Assembly: GCA_021613535.1 (NCBI GenBank) | Contig: CP075496.1 | Span: 10,416,001 to 10,480,000, forward strand | Source of the DNA: Adineta vaga | Taxonomy: Eukaryota; Animalia; Rotifera | Direction of reading: 5' to 3' | DNA: 64,000 nucleotides | Part shown: one piece after another, positions 12,956 through 26,464 of the stretch | How the letters are laid out: each line of letters begins with the position of its first letter | Position numbering within the stretch: the stretch's first letter is position 1 | The notes under the pieces: generated by a model | The model's input: the letters and a program-made list of their open reading frames with translations, nothing else | Database searches by the model: none | What the model was told of the DNA's origin: nothing | Translations under genes and position numbers: made by a program

Positions 12956-15147
12956 CTAAACATGTGCTAAAGGCACTTGTTTTGTTGATGGCAGTGAATA
13001 TTTACTTCCATTGATTTTCGTATGTTTATAAGAATAATTGATTCCAAAATCATCACGTGTTCGTTGAGTTCCATAACGATGACGATGCTTTTTTGATTGA
13101 CGTTGTTCATTCGTATTGAGATTTCTTTGACAACATAGAAATCTTTTCCATGTAATGAATGTTTTTCGATTGAAATTTATCCATAAGCCAGTAACAATAC
13201 CAACGATTAATAAGAAAAAATATTTTAATAGATAGATTGTAAAACTTGGTCGAATCGCCCAAGATGAATAAGTTTCAGATGTTAAACGAGGACATTTATT
13301 ACAATGAAGATTATCTTCCCATATTGAACGATAACGTAATTCATAGAAGTAAATACCAATAACCTTAAAGGAAAAGAAAGGATCTTATTTCAATGAAAAG
13401 AAAACAGAAATAAACTTACAAATGTTGCTGGAACGGTATACAGAATAGAAAAAAGTCCAATTCGTACCATTAACTTTTCTAATTTACTTGTTTTACTTCG
13501 ATCTTGAGTTTTAATTACATTTCGTATACGCATAAGACTAATTAAACCAGCTAATAGAAATATTGTTCCTATGGTTAAAAATGATATCAATGGTAATAGA
13601 ACAAATCCACGTAACATCGAAGAATCTGTATGTCCAACATAACAAATACCACTAATTGGATCACCATCAATACCTTTTAATATTAATATAGCAACTGTTT
13701 GTAAACATGGTAATAGCCAAGCAATTAAATGATAATAAAGTGAATAATGTGCTATTGCTTCAGATGACCATTTGAAGCCTGCCGCAAGAAACCATGTTAA
13801 AGTTAATATAACCCACCAGATTGATGATGCCATACCAAAAAAGTAAGTTAAAACAAAGACAAAAGCACAATTCGATGGACCAGAAACACGAACAAGTTGA
13901 ATATAAGCTGAATCAATCTGAAGAAAGAATTTAATTTTGTTTTTTCTATAGTTAAACATCATCATTAAACAAAGCTTCTTACTTTACTATCAGAACGACA
14001 TGCAACATTTTCATGTCCAAGAACTAAACGTATTAAATAGCCGCATGAAACAAAGAAATAACATAGAGATAAAAATATAACTGGTCGTTGTGGATATTTA
14101 AATCTTGTCATATCAAGAAAAAATGTTAATAAAACAAATGTACATGAAACAGCACACATAATACTAAGAATTGTTAACCAAATATTCATGATTGAACTCG
14201 ATTGTGAATCAGAAAAATATGCTGAACGACATGGTGGTACACATTTTTTGACTGTTGAATGTTCATCTTCATCAATAAGATGATAACCAACTGATGTATT
14301 ACATTGACAACATGATTTCGATGGACGTAATGGAAGTCGTACGGATGATGAAGATTTAAGTTCATCTTTTTTTGGATCCATACAAATTGAATTTTCTTTA
14401 CCTGATGGATATTGTTCACATTTTAATGCATCCGGCCAAATAAAACCATAGCGAGTATAGAATGATTCACATGGCCGACGAACACGTTCACAAACCTAAA
14501 GAATATTGAATAAAAGATTTAACGTTTACAAAAAAAGAACGGAAAAATTACTTCTCGACATGGCGGAATTGAATCTGTATAATTAGCTAAACATAATGGC
14601 ATATAAATTGAACAAAGTAGAAAACGAAGTTCAGTTGAACATCCAACAGCAATTAAAGCTGTAAATTGATTGATCTAAATATTCCGAGAAAAACAACAAT
14701 AAAGTAAACTTCAGTGTAATCATCATCATCATCAGCAAAATACATTAATGAAACCTTTTTATGAACAATAGTAATAAAAACATATGTTTTATTGACATAG
14801 TTCTAATGATATCATAATAGACATTGTTTATTTGGACGATCTGTCATAAGGTCAACAGAATGTCAGAATATGATAGACAAGAAAAATAGTTTCTGTTTAC
14901 TCCCTAACTGTATTCATTCAACACTTGCTTATGCAAATTTCAAGTTGTTTGGTTCTTATCAACGATTACTCACCACAAGTGCTACATCTTTTTGATCTTG
15001 ATGATTGAATTTATTTGGAAGATAAGTTTGATTATATCCAATATTTTTGCATTCATAATATGTTATAGCTTGACATTGTCGTTGTTCACTTTTTATTCGA
15101 GATATTGTCATTAATAACAAAAGAAATAATTCAATAAAAGCAACCAT
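12956..15147 (-). CDS. fz5/8: Frizzled-5/8 Wnt receptor, 5 exons
   Basis: Signal peptide; CRD (CKNIGYNQTYLPNKFNHQDQ, RFLLCSIYMPLC, CREVCERVR, YGFIWPDALKC); 7TM (RFKYPQRPVIFLS, YFFGMASSIWWVILTLTWFLAAG, LEKLMVRIGLFSILY); KTFITW Dishevelled motif; C-terminus KQVPLAHV resembles Fz5/Fz8. Confidence 0.93.
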
Positions 15148-15182
15148 GATGATCACTTATGATTTGACGTATAATAGACGAT

Positions 15183-15203
15183 TATATATATATATATATA
15201 TAT
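15183..15203. repeat. (TA)n microsatellite
   Basis: Read directly, just upstream of the Frizzled start codon. Confidence 0.8.
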
Positions 15204-16127
15204 GCGAGACAATAATCTAAATCAGAGAAAGAAAGACAGACAAGAGAATATTCTTTACTGTGACAATTGGATATATCTGTATCTAATTTGACAGATAGAA
15301 AAGAAAGTACACCGTAAAATGAACATGGGAACGGAAATCACGGCGACAGTTCGAATAGAAATAATCAAGAAATTGTATGAATATATTGTGACAGACTGAC
15401 ATCGACTAAGAACTATCCATTTATATATTCACAAAATTCTAGCTTGAACATTTGTTTCGAAGGACATGCAGATCTCATTAATAGCTACTGAAATAATCAC
15501 TATAATAGAGATAACAAATTCCTCAATGTCTGCTTTATGTATCTGTACATGAATAATTATCTTCTCTATCTTCTCCCTCGTGTTAAGATCAATGACGATA
15601 TTAGAAGCATCCACACACACACACACGAGTACATCTACTAAAATGGCATCGGCAGTAATGTTAACATCATACAACTGGGTAGGGAAAATAGAACGAGAAA
15701 TTAGCATAGAAAGAAGAAGAAGAAGAAAAAGGAAAGAAAAGAAATCAAAATAACAGAAAGATATCCTTTTAGGTTTACTGAAAACCATATAGATATTGAT
15801 CGGGAGAAACAAAATAATTCAATCTATTTCCTATCAGAAGCGATGTATCGAACTTAATTAGATGTAAAATAAGGTTTTGACTGACAAGTCGTTGTTATAT
15901 AAAACGTTGAAGCAAACAAAAGAGCTCAACATGCAATAGGACACAAAAAAAAGAAAAGAAAGAAGGAAAGGAAGGAGGAAAAACGAAGATTGACTCCCTC
16001 CGACCCAACAGTCCGATTTAGCTATTCATCTGTTAAAAACAGCAGTAACCGAGAGCCGTAGAAAGATCGAAGTTATGTAATCAACAAAAAGAAAAGGGTG
16101 ATGACGATGTGCGCATTCATTTGATGT

Positions 16128-16696
16128 ATCAAAGGAGGTCAGAGGACGTGCGATCGCGCAACACACATACAAAAGAAGAAGAAAAGAAATGAACAGTAAT
16201 GTTCATACACGCGCGAAGTCGATACAATATAAACACAATTATGAAAAAGAAAAGAAAAGGAAAGAAAAAAAATCAAGGAAAAAAATTAATTTTTTATTTT
16301 GCAACAAAAAAAAAGCGAGAAGAGAAAATGAAGTGATTAGAAGACCCTTGTTTCTATTCATTGATGATATTCGATCTTGTTGTTATAAGATGAAACATTA
16401 AATATACTTTATATATATATATGTATATATTAACAACCTTGTCCTTTGAAAATGAATGAGTATCGTTTTCTCAGAGAAACGAAAAAAGAAACTCTATTAG
16501 ATGTAATATCCAATCGTTGAAATATTTTCAAAGGCTCAGAAATCTGTTATATTGGGCCTATTTGAACAAAATGAATAAAGAAACTCGTGCAATCGACGTA
16601 TATACACACGCATGAACATCATATTACAATATCGATCAATCTACCTACATATATCACACACTCATATACATATATTCATTTCGTTAGTGATCAAAG
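16128..16696. promoter_or_regulatory. Cluster of TCF/LEF-type motifs upstream of Frizzled-5/8
   Basis: ATCAAAGG 16128-16135, CCTTTGAA 16443-16450, TTCAAAGG 16527-16534, ATCAAAG 16690-16696. Confidence 0.35.
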
Positions 16697-18840
16697 TTCT
16701 TCGTTTCTCGCGCTCTCTCAATGTCTTGTCCGTCCAGCTCATTTATATGTACACGCATATATGCGTGTATATATATATAGATTGGACTCATCATTTACCT
16801 CAGCAATTAGGCGTGAAAGTGAAGCAAAAAAATGAAAGAAAGAAGGGTTTGATAGTGGTCAAGTTTTTCTTACTTTCTTTTATGTATATACCTGTATACA
16901 TATATATGAAGTAAAGATTGTCATTTAATAGACGTTGTGTATAAGAAAAAGAAAGAAAAAAAGTGAATGAATAGATGATCTTTACATTCGTTGTTTCGAT
17001 TAACATAAGACGACTGTATTCTTTTTCTCCTCATGTAATTCGATCGTATTCTTAGTTGATGAAGTTTATAAGCAAACCTGAGGTGACGATTAAGATGATT
17101 GAAAAAAATCCGAAGAGAGAACCATGGACAACAACAGCAAGCGGTCTCAGTTTGTAGAAAGATGACAAGTGATAATGCTTAAACTCAGAACAATTGAATA
17201 TATTGAAAAAGAGAGAGAGTAAGGAAGAGTATTGATCGTAGTGGTACTTATTTAGATGACCGCAAGAGCTACTCATCCTAATGGACGGGCTACCTACCAT
17301 CAATCAAGATATACATCTAATGTTTCCTGTGCTTTCGTGTAGCACGAGAATGAGTCCACTTAATGGTCAGAGAAAGAAAGAAAATCGTGTGTTCTGTCTT
17401 TCACCTGAGTGTAGATGTATATGTACATACACACCCACACACACACACACGCAAACTAAGAAAAGAGAAGAGGATTAGCGAGTTGATTGTTGTTGAGACC
17501 GAAATCTTTTACATGTTGATGTGAAGAGAATTATTGATTGATTAAAAGAAGAAATTTGTTTTGTGTTATAAAGCTAGGTTTGTTCATTATTAGTATAATT
17601 CGTCGTTTTCGTTTCATTGTTAAGCACTTCAACAATATAATCCTTCACCGTTTTTCTTACTGTGTATAGAATCTGAACAAATCGTATCGCTAAAAAAGAA
17701 GAAGAAATGAGAGTCACTTGATGTTCAAGTGGAACAATTAGATTTGACGCGAAATGAATCGTTTGATTCGTCATCATCATCTTCGACTTTGCTCAAAACT
17801 GAAATCGAGAAAAAAAATCAATTATTTTCAAAGAAAATAAACGAAATCAACTATATGATGAATGAAAAGAATTCATCACTTTCAAGTATTCCTCTGGCAT
17901 TACTACCATCTCCACGTGAGAATTCAGTAAAAAAGGAAAAAAAAATTTAATTTTATTCACATACAATATTTGATAGTCGACTGAATTTTTGAACTTTACT
18001 TGATCTTTAACAACGAGAATTCTTCAGATCAGCATTCGTTGTTGAAAATAATGACAAGATTTTCATCGTTATATATGAAGAGTATTGCTCTTTTTTTTAT
18101 AAAGAGCAATCGAAATCGAAGACTAAACGAGTCATTACATGATAATATCTTCTAATTAGTATATTACTTAGAGCTGAACGAATATAGACTTTGACGAGTA
18201 CAAGTACTATTACTTTTAAAACATATGTCGAGGTTGTCTAAGTTGTCACTATCGAATGTACATCGTTGTTTATTGAATATGAGAACGAAGAATGAATGGC
18301 TTTATCTATTTGTCTCATCTTCGAAGGACAAAAGTGCGTATCTATATGGCAGTTTTTGAATGGAAAAAGAAAGATTTTATCGAAACTTTTCAAGTAATCG
18401 AATCGTCTGGTTTAGTACTATTACTTTGATTTTTTATTTCTCCATGTTTTCTTTTTATTGAGTGATTTATTTACCTATATTATATATAATTTTGATCAAG
18501 AACACGGTTTCTTTCAAAGACTATCATTGATTGATCAAATTATCAAAGATAATTGTTCGAATCCTCTCCATGATTTTTTTAGGAATGGATGAACAATATC
18601 TACTCGACTCTCTAATCAAAATCACAACGTATAGTTTGACTCATTGATTACAATTCATGTTTAATCAATCGATTGAAACTGATTTTACTGTATACAAGAA
18701 ATGAATAGATTAAAATACGATTATTTTTTCTGTTGTCCTCGATTTTGTCTAATGCCTCGATGAAGATAACAAAGCAGATATATGCACATGTAACTATGTA
18801 TAGAATAACGAAAAATTCAAATCATAATTTAATTTCCTCG

Positions 18841-19842
18841 ATGAATTCTGATCGATCGTCTACTGTTCCATCTTCATTGTCTATAACCTTAGAACGACAA
18901 AATCCTAGCAGCACAAATCAATTAAATTCTTCTCAAGCAAAAACTTTCAAATCTCCCATCAATCAATTCTATTGTAATATATGTTTTTGTCCATTAATGA
19001 CACCACAAAATATTAATCGAGCAAGTTTTGTTACTAGTTGTGGTCATTTCTATTGCGAGCAATGTGCTCAAACAAGTAAATGAAGAAAATTTTGACTAGA
19101 TTTACTTCCAATAAAAATTATAATTGATTAAAGATTTTCAAGGTTTAATGCCGACATGTAAAATTTGTCAATGTTCTTCTACGAATTTAACTTGTATGGA
19201 TTTACGGAAGGTTGGTTTCATAAAGAAATATTTCTTGATGATTAATTTATGAAATTGAATAGAAACAAAATGATGATGTAGATGTTATGATTTCATCAAA
19301 TAGTCGTGCTCGAAAATGGTTTGAAGATCAAGCACGACAACGAACTATTGAACAAATGATTGCAACATTAAATCAAGTATTCAAATGTTAATATTGTCCA
19401 TTTAATTAGAACGTTTTCTTCTTTCTAGCGTAATACATTTCTTCAAAAACAAAATGAACTTTGTAGTAAAACAATTCTTCGACAAGTTGTTCATATAAAA
19501 CTAGATTTTTAAGTATTTTAAATTGTCTTTATTTCTAGGCTGATGCAGTTCAACAACAATTACCATTTGATAAACTCGCTCCATTTGGAAATAAAATGAT
19601 TCAGTAAGAAGAGTATAGACAGATTGAAAGAAAGATTTTATCTCTTCAACTTATAGAGAAACCAAACAAGCATCAGAACTTTTATATAAATTATTGACAG
19701 GACTTAGTCAATCAAAAACTCGATTGACATCGCAACAGCAATTATTTTGTCAACAAGTAGTCGAACGAGTTAGTCGAATCTGTTGATTACAACAATAATA
19801 AAATACAGTATTTTCTTTTAGATGAAATCAAATTCAAAATAG
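18841..19842 (+). CDS. C3HC4 RING + coiled-coil protein, RNF212/Zip3-like, 7 exons (in-frame upstream ATGs, e.g. 18760, also possible)
   Basis: FYCNICF...FVTSCGHFYCEQC...PTCKIC across intron 1 resembles RNF212 (VFCNRCF..LTNCGHVYCDAC..CLIC); followed by helical/coiled-coil exons; all introns GT-AG and in frame. Confidence 0.65.
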
Positions 19843-20362
19843 TGATCTTCGTTCTGTTGTATCGATAGAAATCTTTTTTTTGGAATTATTGATAGAAATA
19901 TAACACACTGATTAGATTTGTTACTAAATAGTTCGTTTTTTTTCTCTCCAAATGTCGCTGGCAAAGTTTGTAATACATCAAATATTCATTCAGATAAGCC
20001 AATTATTAGGAAATTTAGTGCCTTAAATAAAAATTATTTTCATTTAATCTCTCTGTCTGTTCGGGATTTGTTTTCTTTTTTCTTTGATGATAATGAGAAG
20101 ATTTATAATAGAAGTAGGGAAATAATAGGAGAAAACCAACAACATCAGACAACAAGAAAAAAAAGAAACTGAACAAACGTACATGTATGTATGCGTTCTA
20201 CAGATACTCACCAGCGTTATTTTTTCGCGACGCGCAATTGAACTAGACAACAAAAAGAAGAAAAAAAATGATACTGCATACACACATTGATACTTTTTAA
20301 AAGCTTTGAGAGACAAAGAGAATGGTTTGCACGCGCATGATGTAAATGATGAATAGTTTGAG

Positions 20363-20392
20363 TTATAATAATAATAATAATAATAATAATAG
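20363..20392. repeat. (AAT)n microsatellite in the GIGYF 3' region
   Basis: Read directly; source of the poly-Y and poly-I spurious ORFs. Confidence 0.8.
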
Positions 20393-20493
20393 TAAAAACG
20401 TACGTTAGGAAGAGACAAGAAAGAAAAAAAAATGATATATAATATATACACATGGCCCAAACGAGAGATAAACTTTTTTAGTTAATTCAAGTT

Positions 20494-23400
20494 TTACATT
20501 GGTACTCTATCAATATCATCTCGTTGTTCTGGTCGATTATTAACCATAAAACCAAGTTGTTTAACATCGATTTTTTGACCTTTCATTTTCTTCGCTTTTT
20601 TCTTTTGTCCATTACTTGCTGCTAATTGAAAACCTTCATCACCACCATGACCAGAATTGGCATTGGATGAAGTGGGTGCCATTGCTAATTCATTCAAATG
20701 ATCATTATCAATTTCAGGCTAAAGAAAAAACCAAATATCAAATTAGTTCATAGAAATCTTCATAAATCATATCACATACTCCTGCATTAGCCAGTTGTTT
20801 ACGTTTAGTTATGAAATCTTTTGCAAATTCTTTTGACTTAATAACTGAACCAATATATGGTTGAACATATTCGACAATTTCTTCAGCATCATCGATATCT
20901 TTCAATAATTGAACAAGAGTTGGGACTAAAAACGTATGAGAAACATTGAAAATGTGGATGATGAATAGTATTTGATTTACCATCAATAGCTTGTAAATTA
21001 TCTTTGAATTGCGTTTGTGCCCACTTCGAAAGAGCATCCTGCGTACGACTTGTTGTGAATAAAGTTTTTACTTCACGTTCACTTTTTGATAATTCAACAG
21101 TTGATGAAGTGGACTTTATTGTTGATGGAGCTGCAGATGTTTTTAATTCAGTCCATGGTGTTCTAAATAAATCAATCAAAATAATTCAGATTAATTTTTG
21201 TATCGATTTTAATACATACGATGATTTATTGCCAGTAGTAGCAGTCGATTGTTTAGGTTTCGATGAAGTTTGTTGGGTATCATTCCAAAAAACTGACGAT
21301 GATGATGATTGTGGAGATGAAGTTGAATGTTGAAAGATTCCACCCCATGCTGGTGTTGATTGACCAGATGATGTTTGTTGTGTTTGTAGTTGTTGAGGTG
21401 GTGCTACTTTGACTTCACTCTAGAATGAGATTCATTTTTATTCAAAGAATGCAAACAAAATCTTTTGATATACTTGAGTTTGTTGTTGTTGTTGTTGCTG
21501 TTGTTTTTGAATATCTTGAAGTGATGTATTTTGCACATTCGTTGTTGAATTCCATGGTGTGGAAGCTTGACTTGTTGATGATCGAGATTTTGGCTAAATA
21601 GAAGACAGGAAAAATTATTGCAAAAATTTGTTTTTTCCAAATAAACTAATTCAATATTAAACCAATGATAGAAATAGAACCCATGCAAAATACAAAACAC
21701 GGCACAACATACATGAATATTTAAAAGAGAAAGTACCGCATTTGTTGCCTGTTGATTGTAAGATGTAATAGGTGATTCAGGTACTGGATTGTCATTTGTT
21801 TCATTATCAGATGAAATATGACTTGATGTTGGTGCAGCCACATTATTACCAGCGAATAATGTTCGAGCCCATGAACCAGGTTTATTATTATTAGATGATG
21901 ATGTATTCGAATTATTTGAAGGTTCAGATTTCGCCTAATCAAATCAAGTAAATTATTATAAACTATATTTTTTACTTTTGAAAACTATCATTTTTTTGGA
22001 CATAGTTATTATGAAAAAGTAGTCCATTGAATTTCTAGAATCATTCCTATCTACGAAAACTATGAACATACAAGTTGTTGAGCAGCCATAACTGCTTCTC
22101 GAGTACGTCGCTCTTGTTCTTGTTCTTGTTTTTGTATTTCAGCAAAATTTAATGGTTGATTTTGATCATTACTCTGTGATGTATGACGAGCCCAATTTGC
22201 TGCTTCTGGTAATTTAAACGTTTGTAGCTGTTGAGGTGATGGTTGAGATTGTTCTCGAAGTTGTTGTTGTTGATAACGACGAACATTTTCTGCTCTAAGA
22301 AATACATGAAAGAAAAGTATATTTTATCCGTTAGAAAAATCTTAAACTGTTTCTTTACTTTTGTGATTCAATTTTTGCTAGTTGTTCTTTTTGATATTGA
22401 AGAGATTGTTGAAAAGCTAAAAATGGATCAACTTCAACTTTAGATTGTGGTTTAGCTTGTTGTTGTTGTTGTTGTTGTTGTTGTTGCTGCTGTTTTTTCT
22501 GATCCATTGTCTTGGCCATTTCTTTCATTTGATCCAATATTTGTTTATTTGCTGCAGATGCTTCTTTTTTCTTGCGTATTTCTTCTGCAAGTTTTTGTTG
22601 TTGTTCTAGTTGACGTCGTTCATCTTCTTCACGTTGTAATCGTATTTGCTCAGCTTGTTGGGCTAATTGTAAACGTTCAATTTCAATTTCACGACGTTGT
22701 TGATCAAGACGACGTTGTTCCTCAACTTTCTCTTGTTGCTGTTGTCCATGACTTTGCATAGCTTGAGCGAGACGTGTCATAATATCATCTGGTTTTTGTG
22801 ATTGGGAATTCGAAACATTTGCTCCAAAGAGTGATGATGTATTCAGTTGAGATGGTAAATGGTGAAATGAACGTTGAACATCGTCAAGTAATGGTTGTTG
22901 TTGTTGTTGATTAGTTGCAGATATACTTCGTTGTAATTGTGGTTGTTGTTGATAGACTACTGCAGGATCATTGACAAGATTGGGTGCAAAGAGAGATGAT
23001 GACGATTGTGAGTGCTGTTGTTGAGAACTAAAATATGTTTGTAATTGAGGATTGATCATTGATGGAGATACAGCTGGTTTGTGATCAGTTGTTGATAAGG
23101 GCACTGATGTTTGTCTATAGAAATCGAAATTGAAAGATTTATTGGTCGCAAATACCAATGGAAAATGAATAGAATAATTTCACTTCAAGTATTTTCTCCT
23201 AATGACACACGATTGTGTTTATCTGTCTACTTCAATAGTAAATGAAAACAACACTCAAATAAAGAATAGTTATTAGAATACTAAGAATATCGTGAAAATA
23301 TACCTATTAAATAACATTGAATGTTGTATATTTTGTCTGGATTGTTGCGATAAGAAATCATCAATATAAGTATTATTAGTAGCTGATGGTGCTACATATG

Positions 23401-25752
23401 TTAATGGATTAAATTTCTGTGGTTCAGGCACAATAGGTTGTTGTACTGGTGGTGGAAGTGATGGAACATCAGTACGAAACGGTAAACGACCTAATTCTTT
23501 TGTTAATTGTTGAATAGTGGAAAATTGAGTTTCACCCAAACGTTTCACAGGCAAAAGAATAGTAAAATATCCAGCTTCAAACCAACGTTCCATATCAGCT
23601 GAAGAAAATGGACCTTGAACCATATTTTGTGGATCTTTATAAAACCATTGTTTATCATCAATAATCACGGACGGTGGCTGTGTGACTCGTTGTGATGGAA
23701 TAATTGGTACAGCTGGTGGAGTTGGATGACTAGATATTGGTGGAGAATAATCATGATCCTAGAAAAGAAAAAGATTTCATTAGTAGAATTCAAATTTATA
23801 GAACAAATATGATATACTTCAGCAAGGGTTGCTTCCACAACAGTTGTAGCTACATCACTCGGTTGAAATTCATCATCCCAATTTGGCATAGTCTGTTGTA
23901 CTGGTGGTGTTGGTTTCAGTACTAAGATATTTCAAGAAAATGTGTTATGGAATGAGAAAGAAAACAAAGTGATTTCTTACCATTTGCTCCAGATAGAGTT
24001 GGGATATTAACAGCAGCTGTATCTGATTGTGGTGGTGTTACTTTACCTGACTTTTTATCTTCTTGTTGTTTGGACGAAGTCTACAGATAAGAATGAGACG
24101 TTACAAGTCATACGCAATTTTAACACTTACAATATTGCTACGTCCTGTTAACGTTTCATCATTGGAAGTTTGTGTTTGTAATTTATTTTGCACATTATTA
24201 TTCTCTTTATTCTGTCGTAGTGATGATGATCCTGTAAATGTTCCATCTTGTTCAAATGTTGCATTATTCATTTGATTATCACCATCATTACTATCATCCA
24301 TCCATTCGGGCATTCCTAAAGAAAAATGTATGCCCATGATATTAAGTTTGTTTTTTGTTGAAAAGCAAAATTAAACTTACGATCTCGTTTTGGTAAAGGA
24401 CGACGTGTATTTAAATCACGATCTGACAACGTAGCATTTGAACGCCATCCACCGCGTTGCTGATTCGATTCATAACTATTTGATGGACCTAATAGATATA
24501 TTTTTGAAAAGACATATGTGTTATTAATCTCATTTAAACTATTATTGCTTGTATATACCAGGTCGTTCATCACTATGACTCCATTTTTCATTCGATTTAG
24601 TTCGATGTTCTATTGATCCGCCACCACTAGTACCTCCTCCTCGTCTTGTTTGTCCACCTCGAGATGTCCAAGATGATGAACCATTGGGAGCTGCTGTCGG
24701 TGGATCTTCATTTTGATCATTATTTCCATCGTCCTCATCGCCACGTGATCGACGCCATCCATCCGATGTCTGACGTGTACCCCCTCCGCCACCACGACGA
24801 AATGATTGTTCACTAAAACATTTATCATATTTTAATATTTGAATTCAATAGATTTTCTGTTTTGTCAAATCAAAAACGTACCGATCATCATAAGATCGCA
24901 CTCGATTTCCAAAAGCTCCACCACCACGTGAATGATGACCACCTCGAGAAGACCACGATGATGATGATGATGCCGCTGCATCATCACCACCACCACCGCT
25001 AGTAACTCCTCCATTTTCTCCATTATCTTCCGTATTATTATTTCCACGATTCGATCCGAAAGTATTATCACGTCCTCCTGTAGAAAAATAGAGTTTTCCA
25101 ATATTGAAACTCTTTCTACGATTATTTTTTGATCATTACCTCTGCCTCTCGATCCTCCACGTCCATTAGACATTAGTCCTCCACCTCGACTATTGCGTGA
25201 ATCATGCTGTTGCTGCTGTTGTGATTGTTGAGTATTACTTCCACCACGACCAGCACCACCCCCCGGTGTTCGACCAGAAATATAACTTGACAATGAATTC
25301 ATTTTAACCTAATTTTCAGAGACGATTTTTGTAAATTCAAAATCGATTTTTCTTTCTCTCTTACCGTTTCTTCTGTTGATGGTGTTGTTAAAGTCAATGG
25401 CTCGATAATATTCGGTCGAAAAATACTTTCTATATCTTTCAAATTTTCCAAAATTTCATTTCGAACATCTTCAGCTAAACGTTCCGTAACATTGGCACGT
25501 AGTGCTAAGATTTCATCTTTAGAATAACGATATTTTGTTGCAGCAAATTTAAAAATATTTCCACTACCACTACCACCTGATGCAGGCATTGGTGTTGTTG
25601 ATTCAGGTGTTGATAATGCTCGAAGCCTATGCAATTGAAGATGAGAAAAAAAAATGAATTTCAACTAACGTATGAAATAAATCTGATGCAAACCATTCTG
25701 GTCCAAAATTTAATGGTTGCGTAGCATGTTGAGCGACAGTAGTTGAACTCAT
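20494..25752 (-). CDS. GIGYF: GIGYF1/2-like GYF-domain translational repressor, multi-exon
   Basis: N-terminus QPLNFGPEW|LRALS; 4EHP-binding motif YRYSKDEILAL; RGG-rich region; GMPEW motif; GYF domain WFYKDPQNMVQGPFSSADMERWFEAGYF; polyQ coiled coil; C-terminal VPTLVQLLKDIDDAEEIVEYVQPYIG..KEFAKDF and KKKAKKMKGQKIDVKQLGF. Confidence 0.93.
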
Positions 25753-26464
25753 TTTTGATTTGAATTTTCGAAACTGAAATCGATAGACGTCAGAAAAAAT
25801 AAAAAGCGAAGCAAAATCTTAAAAAATTTTCAAATAAATAAACACAATATATATGAAGAAAACAAATTCAATATTGCACCATCTTAGATGAATAATTTCT
25901 GAGATAAAAAAGAATCGTTAACTTCAATACAATAATTGAAATTACGAAAGTAGAGATATTTTTCTCTCTTTTTCGGTTTTTGTTGTGCTTGTCATGTAGT
26001 TTATTTACCACTTTTAAACGTGAGGATTCCATAGTTTACTACAACAACGGATTCTACGGTCGAATGAAATGCGAGAACAAAAGAACAAATATATGCGTAG
26101 TGGAAAGATAGTGAAGGTGACTGAACGAAAGGGGTCGCCTTCGACCAGTAACCTACTATTTTACTATAACAAGAAGCAATAATTGACTTCTTCTATAAAA
26201 CGAATGTATTGATAATTTATTGAAGGAAATTCTGAATTTTTTCTTTATGATAACATTTAAATTATATAATATCATTGTCGTTAAATAATTCAATCATGTT
26301 TTTACTTCATAAGATTCAAATCGTTCTTTTTTCTCTTTAATGATCAAATAGAGAAGGAAAACACGAGCTATACTGATTACTACGAAGGAAGAAAAGAATA
26401 TAAGAACTAAGGAAAAGATAGAAAATAGGAAACGAGACAGTTTATCTATTATACATGAAAGTAA

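Noticed and set aside
15429-17950. ORFs in the Frizzled upstream region
   Set aside because: Driven by CA/TA/GA repeats and A-tracts; treated as regulatory or intergenic DNA
22355-23158. CAA/CAG tandem arrays as a possible repeat element or CRISPR-like array
   Set aside because: Coding polyQ tracts of GIGYF; no repeat-spacer structure
26121-26131. CUGA..GA..GAAA resembling a hammerhead ribozyme core
   Set aside because: Spacing does not fit CUGANGA, and the required three helices are absent
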